15,086 bases of DNA from Candidatus Odinarchaeota archaeon (GCA_038826135.1 JAWBON010000029.1:1-15086); one strand, 5' to 3'. Counted from the stretch's first letter, positions 6,727 to 14,301 are shown. Notes: a model not told the origin generated them from the letters alone. Program-made: numbers and translations.

Positions 6727-7731
6727 ATGCTGAAAAGAAGGCTGGGTAGAACAGGTCTTACAGTCTCCGTGATAGGATTCGGCGGGATCCCTATTCAAAG
6801 AGTTGCTGTAGATGATGCAGTTCGAATCATTCAAAGAGCGTTAGAGCTGGGGGTTAACTTCATAGACACAGCTAGGGTTTACACTGATAGCGAGTTGAAA
6901 ATAGGTTTAGCTGTTAAAAACTATAAGAATAAGTGTATCATCGCCTCTAAATCAAGAGCTTTAACTAAGCTGGAAATGGAGAATGATATAAAATCAAGTC
7001 TTAAAGATTTAGGGGTTAATCAAATAGATATTTACCAGCTTCATAATGTAAGCGATTTTGAAACTTATAATAGAATACTTCAATCCGACGGAGCTTTAAC
7101 AGCTTTAAAAGAAGCTCAGGAAACCGGTATTATAAAATATATCGGTATAACAAGTCATGTACCAGACCTATTAAAAAAAGTAATACCTTGCGGTTTATTC
7201 GACACAATTCAATTTCCCTTCAACCCGCTTGAAACAGCGGCGGTGGAACTTATTAAAATAGCCAGAGAACACGATATCGGTACTATTATTATGAAGCCGT
7301 TAGCTGGAGGTGCCTTCTATAATGCTGGTGCTGCTTTGAAATGGGTTCTCAAGCACGATGTCTCCGTGGTCATACCCGGAATGGATAGTGTTCAGCAAGT
7401 TGAATATAACACCAGTCTACCAGGGGTTGATCTAACAGATGATGAGCTTAAAGCTTTAAAACAGGAGATAGCGGTTATAGATAAACAGATATGTCGTCGA
7501 TGTGAGTATTGTCAGCCGTGTCCTCAAGGTATCAGAATCCCTGTTATTCTATTATTAGATGCATATTATCAGAGATACGGGTTACCAGGTTGGGCTAGAG
7601 AGCGTTATAAGAGTCTTGTAGACGTGTCCCCTGAAAACTGTACTGAATGCGGTGTTTGCGAGGAAAGATGCCCTTATAAGCTGCCAATTCGGAAGCTTAT
7701 TAGAGAAGCGCATCAACGCCTTTCATCATAA
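6727..7731 (+). CDS. Aldo/keto reductase with C-terminal 2x[4Fe-4S] ferredoxin-like domain
   Basis: RRLGRTGLTVSVIGFGG, GVNFIDTARVY, IASK, IDIYQLH, IGITSH, MKPLAGG; C-terminal CRRCEYCQPCP and CTECGVCEERCP. Confidence 0.92.
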   Translation: MLKRRLGRTGLTVSVIGFGGIPIQRVAVDDAVRIIQRALELGVNFIDTARVYTDSELKIGLAVKNYKNKCIIASKSRALTKLEMENDIKSSLKDLGVNQIDIYQLHNVSDFETYNRILQSDGALTALKEAQETGIIKYIGITSHVPDLLKKVIPCGLFDTIQFPFNPLETAAVELIKIAREHDIGTIIMKPLAGGAFYNAGAALKWVLKHDVSVVIPGMDSVQQVEYNTSLPGVDLTDDELKALKQEIAVIDKQICRRCEYCQPCPQGIRIPVILLLDAYYQRYGLPGWARERYKSLVDVSPENCTECGVCEERCPYKLPIRKLIREAHQRLSS

Positions 7732-7737
7732 CATGTA

Positions 7738-7744
7738 TTTTTTT
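7738..7744 (+). terminator. Oligo-T terminator after the aldo/keto reductase
   Basis: T7 tract 6 nt after the stop codon. Confidence 0.45.
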
Positions 7745-7816
7745 AAAAAATAACTATTAATGTCTGATTACTGTGAACTTTAAATTTAATTTTAATAATA
7801 TGTTCACGGTGATGGT

Positions 7817-8383
7817 TTGCTGCGGATACTGTTGCAGGCTATAGGGGATGTTGCATTAAACATTTTAGAATGGTTGAAAGAAAAAATACCCGATCAACTT
7901 CCTAGTTTTCCCCTTATATTCGAAATATCAGAGAAAACTGTGAACATCTCGCCTTCATTATATAACTCTAATCGCTCCCAGTTCAAAGCCTCAGGCATCC
8001 TCAAAGAAATCTTAACTCTTTCAAAAGAATCGGGATTTTTCAGAATTTTAGGGGTTACTGAATACGATATTTACGTGGAGGGATTGAATTTCATCTTCGG
8101 ATTAGCTCAAAAACCCTTACATATCTTTGATAAAACTCCGCTTTCAGCTTTAATCTCCACAAACAGGCTTACAACAGGTTTACCTAAATCTGACACTCAA
8201 GGTTTCAAACTCCGCCTTCTCAAAGAAGCAGTCCACGAATTAGGGCACACCTTCAGTCTGGATCACTGTACTAATAATTGTGTTATGAGATTCTCTAATA
8301 CTATTTTTGAAACAGATTTGAAACCCCCATCGCTGTGTGATAAATGCTTGGAGCAAGCTAAACTATTCATATCTGATAAGTGA
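7817..8383 (+). CDS. amzA: Archaemetzincin-family zinc metalloprotease
   Basis: RILGVTEYDIYVEGLNFIFGLA, ALIS-x-RL, KEAVHELGHTFSLDHC-x3-CVMRFSN and C-terminal LCDKC (structural Zn site). TTG start with SD GGTGAT. Confidence 0.88.
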   Translation: MLRILLQAIGDVALNILEWLKEKIPDQLPSFPLIFEISEKTVNISPSLYNSNRSQFKASGILKEILTLSKESGFFRILGVTEYDIYVEGLNFIFGLAQKPLHIFDKTPLSALISTNRLTTGLPKSDTQGFKLRLLKEAVHELGHTFSLDHCTNNCVMRFSNTIFETDLKPPSLCDKCLEQAKLFISDK

Positions 8384-8402
8384 ACTCAAAATCTTATACT
8401 GA

Positions 8403-9020
8403 CTAACACAGGGGTTTAATGTTAATATTACCGCCAGCTAGAACCCCCCCACTATAATCATAAAGCTGCCCGTCTTCCATGTATATCCAAAGATTGAATG
8501 TGTCATTCCAAGCAGGCTCTCCCTGATCAGAGACTTCTAATCGGAAAATATAGATTTGACCACGAATCTCTCCAACACCATAAACTTGTATAATATACCC
8601 ATCCTCGATTTTTTCAAGTGTAGCATTAGTGAACATTAAACTTTTAAAATGATATTTCCCCACTCTATCAATATAGTTTACATGTCCTTCAATACTTGTG
8701 TTAAAGTGAACGTTGAAACCGAAATTATTCTTGGAACAATTCTCATATATGTACCCCCCGCCTTCTCCCTTAAACGGGATTGTTTTATTATCACCCGGCT
8801 CTATTATCCCATCATCGCTTATAAAACCATTATCAACACTGGGAGGTGTCACATTCTCTTTACACGGCGGCTCAAAGCGGTTATTATCGGTGGGGCAGAT
8901 TACCTGTCCACTTGTAGGAGAATGAGTTATTAACAGCCCGGCTTGCTGGAATGAGAAAGGTATAGATGTGAATACTAGGATTGTGCAGAATATAACTGGG
9001 AGAATTATATTTTTATTCAT
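8403..9020 (-). CDS. Secreted/surface protein with a post-COAP-1-like beta-rich domain
   Basis: Start reassigned to ATG 9020 (MNKNIILPVIFCTILVFTSIPFS, signal-peptide-like; SD-like GGGCGGGA). The C-terminal part GGGYI-x-NFGFNV-x-GHVNYID-x-F-x-VSDQGEP-x-DTFNLWI-x-GVLAGGNINI resembles the post-COAP-1 domain as I recall it. Confidence 0.6.
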   Translation of the reverse strand: MNKNIILPVIFCTILVFTSIPFSFQQAGLLITHSPTSGQVICPTDNNRFEPPCKENVTPPSVDNGFISDDGIIEPGDNKTIPFKGEGGGYIYENCSKNNFGFNVHFNTSIEGHVNYIDRVGKYHFKSLMFTNATLEKIEDGYIIQVYGVGEIRGQIYIFRLEVSDQGEPAWNDTFNLWIYMEDGQLYDYSGGVLAGGNINIKPLC

Positions 9021-9191
9021 TATCCCGCCCTTCTTAATCAGCCCTAACATTATTATATTTTATTCGCTGCTTCTTAATATTATGTGTACTCCAGTATTAA
9101 TATTTAACCATCAGCTTGTTTTTAAGAGTTTCAACCTGTTTTTTAAAGCTATTGCAAGTAATCTTAATATTTTAAATTGGAGGGTTTAACC

Positions 9192-10118
9192 ATGGATGTT
9201 CATGACACTGCTCCTAAATTTAAAACTGAGATTAGCAGGGTGGGGGCTGAATCAATCCGTTTAATTTTGAAGACTAAGAGAACAGGTGCTATAAATATTC
9301 TTTACCCTTCTATAAGTCTTTATGTTAACCTTCCTATTTACATGAAGGGCGTCCACATCTCTAGGAGTTTAGAATCTATTTATGATGTTCTAGCAATGTT
9401 TAAGAATAAACCTGTCCGCTATCTTGAATCATTCTGTTTAAAAATAGCTAAAGCCTTGTTAAAGAAACACGAATACTCCACGCTATCAGAGGTTTCTTTA
9501 AGCTCTGACTACTATATTTCCCGGATGGCGCCTCTAACAGATAATGTTTCAGACGAGTATTGTAAGGTTCACGCTTCCGCTTTAGCTGAAAGAGCAGACG
9601 GCCGGATAAGAACCAGGCGTTTTATAGGCGCTGAAATAGTAGGGTTAACTTACTGTCCGTGTTTAATAGAGGAGTTGAAAGATGAGTTTTATGCATCTCT
9701 TAAAAAAAATTTTAGTTTAACAGATGATTTAGCTAAGAGAATAGTGAGTGAAACCCCCATAGCCTCCCATAATCAGAGATGTAAGATATATGCTTTAATA
9801 GAAACCTCTAATAGTGTGCATGTGGACTTGGATGATTTAATCGAGATTTTAATAGCGTCACCGAGCGCGGCTACTTTCTCAATATTAAAACGCGAAGATG
9901 AACTTCACCTTATAAAACAAGCAGCCAGCAGAGCTATGTTTGTAGAAGATGTTTTAAGAGAACTTTCATATAATTTAGTTAAACTATTCCCTAATATCCC
10001 GGATGATTTTATAGTTCATATACGAGTGGAGAGCGAGGAGAGCATTCATAAGCATAATCTTGTCTGTGAGAATAAGACAAGTTTCGGAAAGTTGAAGAGC
10101 GATTTAAAAATCTCCTAA
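9192..10118 (+). CDS. mptA: GTP cyclohydrolase MptA (FolE2/GCH-IB family)
   Basis: MDVHD-x-ISRVG, KGVHISR, GLTYCPC, ASHNQR, LKREDE, AMFVEDVLR, ESEESIHKHN. Start placed at ATG 9192 behind SD GGAGG (9179-9183). Confidence 0.9.
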   Translation: MDVHDTAPKFKTEISRVGAESIRLILKTKRTGAINILYPSISLYVNLPIYMKGVHISRSLESIYDVLAMFKNKPVRYLESFCLKIAKALLKKHEYSTLSEVSLSSDYYISRMAPLTDNVSDEYCKVHASALAERADGRIRTRRFIGAEIVGLTYCPCLIEELKDEFYASLKKNFSLTDDLAKRIVSETPIASHNQRCKIYALIETSNSVHVDLDDLIEILIASPSAATFSILKREDELHLIKQAASRAMFVEDVLRELSYNLVKLFPNIPDDFIVHIRVESEESIHKHNLVCENKTSFGKLKSDLKIS

Positions 10119-10130
10119 CATTATATGCTT

Positions 10131-10235
10131 TCAAATCTCATCTTTTCTAGCCATCACTATGTAGATTAATAAGAGAATTATTACCACTGCACCTAATCCT
10201 ATGACCAGATCCTGGATTACGGTAAATGGAATCAT
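10131..10235 (-). CDS. Small single-pass membrane protein (34 aa), hypothetical
   Basis: Manual translation: MIPFTVIQDLVIGLGAVVIILLLIYIVMARKDEI. It has an approximately 20-residue hydrophobic core followed by RK, SD-like GTGATAGGT upstream, and fills most of the intergenic gap. Confidence 0.6.
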   Translation of the reverse strand: MIPFTVIQDLVIGLGAVVIILLLIYIVMARKDEI

Positions 10236-10244
10236 ACCTATCAC

Positions 10245-10643
10245 TTAATTATCTTCAATTTTTCTCCACTCGCACATAAACTTTTCGTACTTGTTATCCT
10301 CCACTTTAATCTCTTCGAAACAGCCTAAAGCCTCAGCGATTCTCCTAGCTAATATATGGTAGCAGACTATAGCGTTTTTTCTTAAAACCACATTTATATA
10401 GAAGTCCTCGCATCCGCAATACAGTTCTGATACAAGCAGGTAATCTCTTTTTTTACCAACGATTATCCACTCCACTCTATTACTAGGGGTGAAAACATAT
10501 TTTTTTATCAACCCATCCACAGCCGCTTTAAGCGCCTTCCAAAATCTTTCACCAAAAGTCTCTGAAAAAAACCTGAGAGCGTCTAAGCTTAGAACACGCG
10601 TTCTAGCAAGCTCACTAAAATATTTTTCAGCATCATCCACCAT
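10245..10643 (-). CDS. SWIM zinc-finger domain protein (archaeal type)
   Basis: WIIVGKKRDYLL-x-YCGCEDFYINVVLRKNAIVCYHILA gives the CxC-xn-CxH SWIM motif. Confidence 0.85.
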   Translation of the reverse strand: MVDDAEKYFSELARTRVLSLDALRFFSETFGERFWKALKAAVDGLIKKYVFTPSNRVEWIIVGKKRDYLLVSELYCGCEDFYINVVLRKNAIVCYHILARRIAEALGCFEEIKVEDNKYEKFMCEWRKIEDN

Positions 10644-10769
10644 ATTATCTAACCTGAAACTGTTTTCATAAAATATTTAACAATAATTATATTAAAAGTA
10701 AAGTTTATATTTTAATCGATTAAATACTAAATGGTTTTCTCTTTTAGACCTCTCATAGGTGATGGGCTT

Positions 10770-12140
10770 TTGGAATATGATGTTATTATTATCGGCGCGG
10801 GCCCAGCTGGAATGTTCGCCGCATATGAAATAGTTAAAAACTCTAATTTGAAAACACTCATCATAGATCGAGGCTACGATGTTGATAAGCGAATATGCCC
10901 GGTTTCAACTTATTCACTCTGCACTAAGTGTAATCCATGTAATGTGATGGCAGGCGTTGGAGGGGCGGGAACCTTATCCAGCGGCCTTCTTAATCTCAGA
11001 CCGGATATCGGTGGGGATATAACAAGTCTTGTTAAGGATGAGGAGGAAGCCTACGCTCTTGTAAAATATGTCGACGATGTTTTTCTATCGTTCGGAGCCC
11101 CTACGGAAATATATGAACCTAGCCCGAAGGACACTGAAGAACTCTCCAGAAAAGCTGCAGCGGTAGGTATAGAATTCGTTCCAATCCCGCAAAGACATAT
11201 GGGTACTGATAAATCCCCTGAAGTTATCAAGAATATGAAAAACTATCTGGTGGAGAAAGGCGTCAGCTTCATGTTGAAAACTGATGTTGAAGTAATAGAA
11301 CCTCACAAGATCTCTTTAAAATCAGGTAAACAGTTAACATGTAAATATATTCTGGCAGCTCCAGGTAGAGTAGGCGCTGAGTGGATGAAGCAGCAGGGTA
11401 AGAATCTTGGCATTCACACCAGTCATATGCCGATCGATGTTGGGGTTAGAGTGGAAATCCCATCCGTGGTAATGGCGCCTATTTATAATATAGCTAGGGA
11501 TCCTAAATTTCATATTTACACAGATACATATGACGACTTTGTTAGAACATTCTGTGTGAACCATCGCGGCTTCGTCGTCGAAGAGGTTTACGATGGATTT
11601 GTAGGCGTTAACGGTCATGCGATGGTTGGGCAAAGATCGCCTAACAGTAACTTCGCCTTCCTTGTCCGGGTGGCTTTAACCGAGCCTTTAGAGGATACAA
11701 CCGCTTACGCGATATCCATAGCTCACCAAGCCTCCATACTGGGCGGTAAACGCCCTATACTGCAGAGACTGGGTGATTTAAAACACGGCAACCGCTCCAC
11801 ATGGGAGAGAATCAGACGGAGTAATGTTAAACCGACGATGAGTTCTGTAACCCCGGGGGATATAGCTATGGCTTTACCTCACCGTATTCTAACCGATATA
11901 ACTGAAGGCCTTGAAAAATTAGACGCCGTCATGCCTGGTGTGGATAGTCCAACCACACTGCTCTACGCGCCTGAGATAAAATTTTCAGCTAACAGGTTCC
12001 CTGTAGACGCAAACTTGGAGACTACTGTTGAAGATCTTTTCGTAGCCGGGGACGGTGTAGGATTGTCAAGGGGGCTTGTTCAAGCAGCAGCTACAGGAGT
12101 TATCGCAGCTCGTGGTATAATAAACAAGAACAATAAATAA
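10770..12140 (+). CDS. NAD(P)/FAD-dependent oxidoreductase, COG2509-type
   Basis: YDVIIIGAGPAG Rossmann motif, GVGGAGTLSSGLLN, APGRVG, DVGVRVE, VRTFC-x-N-x-GFVV, VNGHA, LLYAPEIKF, FVAGDGVGLSRGL. Start reassigned from 10731 to TTG 10770 because SD GGTGATGG lies at 10758-10765. Confidence 0.85.
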   Translation: MEYDVIIIGAGPAGMFAAYEIVKNSNLKTLIIDRGYDVDKRICPVSTYSLCTKCNPCNVMAGVGGAGTLSSGLLNLRPDIGGDITSLVKDEEEAYALVKYVDDVFLSFGAPTEIYEPSPKDTEELSRKAAAVGIEFVPIPQRHMGTDKSPEVIKNMKNYLVEKGVSFMLKTDVEVIEPHKISLKSGKQLTCKYILAAPGRVGAEWMKQQGKNLGIHTSHMPIDVGVRVEIPSVVMAPIYNIARDPKFHIYTDTYDDFVRTFCVNHRGFVVEEVYDGFVGVNGHAMVGQRSPNSNFAFLVRVALTEPLEDTTAYAISIAHQASILGGKRPILQRLGDLKHGNRSTWERIRRSNVKPTMSSVTPGDIAMALPHRILTDITEGLEKLDAVMPGVDSPTTLLYAPEIKFSANRFPVDANLETTVEDLFVAGDGVGLSRGLVQAAATGVIAARGIINKNNK

Positions 12141-12175
12141 TTAGTCTGTGAAAATTATTGGTGGGCGGGAAGGGA

Positions 12176-12194
12176 CTTTCAGTATAAATATACT
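12176..12194 (-). other. tRNA intron at position 59/60 (T-loop), 19 nt, strict hBHBh' motif
   Basis: Intron AGTATATTTATACTGAAAG; central helix TTCA/TGAA, 3-nt bulges AAA and AGT, intron helix GTAT/ATAC, outer helix formed by the T stem. Confidence 0.88.
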
Positions 12195-12233
12195 TTTGAA
12201 CCCCTGACCTCCGGTTCCCGAAACCGGAATCCT

Positions 12234-12249
12234 AGCCGGTTAAACCTAT
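12234..12249 (-). other. tRNA intron in the D-loop (about position 20a/21), 16 nt, relaxed BHB
   Basis: Pre-tRNA reads TTGGCTA-TAGGTTTAA-CCGGCTA-GGAT; central helix TTGG/CCGG with two CTA bulges. The exact junction can slide within the duplicated GGCTA. Confidence 0.75.
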
Positions 12250-12310
12250 AGCCAAACTAGACTACCCGCCCAGCGGTTTTCAATCAACCACTCTAAACTA
12301 GTAAATTATC

Positions 12311-12320
12311 TATTTAAAAA
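12311..12320 (-). promoter_or_regulatory. Candidate TATA box of the tRNA gene (TTTTTAAATA)
   Basis: Archaeal TTTAAATA-type box about 40 nt upstream of the mature tRNA 5' end. Confidence 0.4.
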
Positions 12321-12418
12321 TGTTTAACCCTATACTATTTAGACCATCATAATATCCAATATTTTATCCTAACTAATATATGCTGATTTAACATCTAATA
12401 ATATTAAAGGTGAAGTTT

Positions 12419-12757
12419 ATGCTAATTTTATTCGGAGAGGAGGTAATTAATTTTATTAAAAGTAAACTCCCTGTTTTAGATGAGAATCTTATTGAAATAA
12501 TTGTTTTCGGAAGCTTCGCTCGTGGAGATTACACTCCTCAAAGCGATATTGACTTATTATTAATAACTAAAAATATTAAAGCCACAGAAAATGTTTTCTC
12601 AAATTTGAGAATAACCATATTAATGAATTTCGAGATTGTTGTATCCGCCATATACTACACGCCTGAAACATTCAAGAAATCTGTTGAAAAAGGTCTGCCT
12701 TTAATAAAAACCATTTTAAAGGAGGGTAAAACAATTTGGAGAAGAAGCGCAACCTAA
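12419..12757 (+). CDS. Minimal nucleotidyltransferase (MNT), antitoxin of an MNT-HEPN pair
   Basis: IIVFGSFARGDY-x-SDIDLLLI (GSxxRG...SDxD). Start placed at ATG 12419 behind SD AGGTGA rather than GTG 12410. Confidence 0.88.
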   Translation: MLILFGEEVINFIKSKLPVLDENLIEIIVFGSFARGDYTPQSDIDLLLITKNIKATENVFSNLRITILMNFEIVVSAIYYTPETFKKSVEKGLPLIKTILKEGKTIWRRSAT

Positions 12758-13143
12758 TGGAAATAGCATTCAACCTCTTAAGTAAAGCTGAGCAGAAAGT
12801 TAAAAGCAGTAAAATACTCTTAGAGCACGATCTCATTGACGACTCTGTGAGCAGAGCGTACTACGCTGCCTTTTTAGCGGCTAAAGCAGCTTTACTTATT
12901 TTAGGAGAAGACCCTAAAACACATCAAGGAACTCTCACCTTATTCGGGCTAAAACTAGTTAAAAAAGGGTTACTCCCTGAAATACTAGGAAGATACTTAT
13001 CAGATCTATTAGAGAAAAGACAGGCTGCAGATTACGCGGTTATAAACTATCTGTCAAAAGAAGACGGTCAAGAATTAATCGTGAAAGCTGAGAAAATTAT
13101 TCAAGAAATAACTAAATTCCTAAACTCAAATTTTAAAAAGTAA
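12757..13143 (+). CDS. HEPN domain protein (COG1895/UPF0332-like), cognate of the MNT
   Basis: AEQKVKSSKILL, SVSRAYYAAFLAAKAALL, KTHQG, KRQAADY. ATG 12757 overlaps the MNT stop (TAATG), consistent with translational coupling. Confidence 0.88.
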   Translation: MEIAFNLLSKAEQKVKSSKILLEHDLIDDSVSRAYYAAFLAAKAALLILGEDPKTHQGTLTLFGLKLVKKGLLPEILGRYLSDLLEKRQAADYAVINYLSKEDGQELIVKAEKIIQEITKFLNSNFKK

Positions 13144-13218
13144 ATATTATAACCTCTCACGACCGTTTTCTTAATATAAATTTATATTTTACATTAAAGA
13201 TTTGTATGTGGTTTTGGA

Positions 13219-14259
13219 ATGGAGACACGTCATATCTTATTATTTCAGGATTCACGGAATTTAAACAATATTGATAGTGAATCTGTTGATTTAATCGTAA
13301 CCTCACCCCCTTATCCTATGATAGGTATGTGGGATAGTTTATTCTCATCTTTAAACTCCAAAATTTCAAACGCTCTTGAAGCTGGTAATAGTGAACTAGC
13401 ATTCGAGCTGATGCATAAAGAATTAGAAAAAGTTTGGGTTGAATCCTACCGTGTTTTAAAACCTGGTGGACTAGCTTGCATCGTAATCGGTGACGCTACT
13501 AGAACCGTGAACAGGGAATTTCAAATGTTTCCCTCCCACGCTAAAATCACATCTTACTGTTTAAGCTTGGGGTTTAAGGCTTTACCGGTAATAATCTGGC
13601 GTAAGCAAACAAACGCTCCTAACAAGTTTATGGGATCAGGTATGCTGCCACCAGGGGCTTACGTGACCTTAGAACATGAATACATACTATTATTCCGGAA
13701 AAATGGTAAAAGAATCTTCAAAACAGTGAAGGATGTTAAAAACCGTGGAGAGAGTGCCTTCTTCTGGGAGGAGCGTAACAACTGGTTTTCAGATATTTGG
13801 ATTGATCTCAAAGGAGTTAAACAAAATTTAAATGATAGCAAACTCCGGGGTAGAAGCGCAGCCTACCCCTTCGAGCTAGCTTACCGTTTAATAAACATGT
13901 TCTCAGTTAAAAATGACACTATTCTAGACCCTTTCCTCGGAACAGGGACAACAACAATAGCGGCTATAGCATCCCAGAGAAACAGCATCGGAGTTGAATT
14001 AGATACAAGCTTCAGAAACCACTTAATTAAAAAAATATTATCCGCAGAAGACTCATTAAACACTTACATCGAGGAGAGACTTCGTAAACACATGGATTTC
14101 ACACAACAATACGTAAAAACACGCGGACAACTAAAATACATTAATCGCAATTATGATTTCCCGGTAATGACAAGACAGGAAGAAAAAATCATACTACCAG
14201 TTATTAAAAGAATACTGCAAACAGATTCTAATACATTTATAGTAGAATATTTAAAGTAG
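13219..14259 (+). CDS. Beta-class N4-cytosine/N6-adenine DNA methyltransferase, orphan in this window
   Basis: Catalytic motif IV VTSPPY near the N-terminus and SAM-binding motif I LDPFLGTGTT near the C-terminus (beta order); SPPY favours m4C. Confidence 0.9.
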   Translation: METRHILLFQDSRNLNNIDSESVDLIVTSPPYPMIGMWDSLFSSLNSKISNALEAGNSELAFELMHKELEKVWVESYRVLKPGGLACIVIGDATRTVNREFQMFPSHAKITSYCLSLGFKALPVIIWRKQTNAPNKFMGSGMLPPGAYVTLEHEYILLFRKNGKRIFKTVKDVKNRGESAFFWEERNNWFSDIWIDLKGVKQNLNDSKLRGRSAAYPFELAYRLINMFSVKNDTILDPFLGTGTTTIAAIASQRNSIGVELDTSFRNHLIKKILSAEDSLNTYIEERLRKHMDFTQQYVKTRGQLKYINRNYDFPVMTRQEEKIILPVIKRILQTDSNTFIVEYLK

Positions 14260-14301
14260 CTAACCTATGATTTTATAAAATTAACATGTTAGAAAAATTT
14301 A

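Larger units (their letters stand above)
12159..12271 (-). tRNA. tRNA-Pro (anticodon CGG) with encoded CCA and two introns
   Basis: Minus strand folds into acceptor stem GGGCGGG/CCCGCCC plus A-CCA; D stem GTCT/GGAT; anticodon arm CCGGT-TTCGGGA-ACCGG (CGG at 12220-12218, G37); variable loop AGGTC; T stem AGGGG/CCCTT. Removing 16 nt and 19 nt yields a normal 78-nt cloverleaf with T-loop TTCAAAT. Confidence 0.93.

Noticed and set aside
9023-9030. TCCCGCCC matching the tRNA 3' end, as a possible att site
   Set aside because: Only 8 nt, inverted relative to the tRNA, explained as the SD region of the 9020 gene, and there is no integrase in the window.
2081-14291. Palindrome AACATGTT upstream of DUF763 (2082-2089) and of the HhH gene (4746-4753), suggesting a shared damage-response operator
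   Set aside because: The same 8-mer occurs inside the MTase coding sequence (about 13894-13901) and in a convergent terminator gap (14283-14290). It is short and AT-rich, so chance cannot be excluded without genome-wide statistics.
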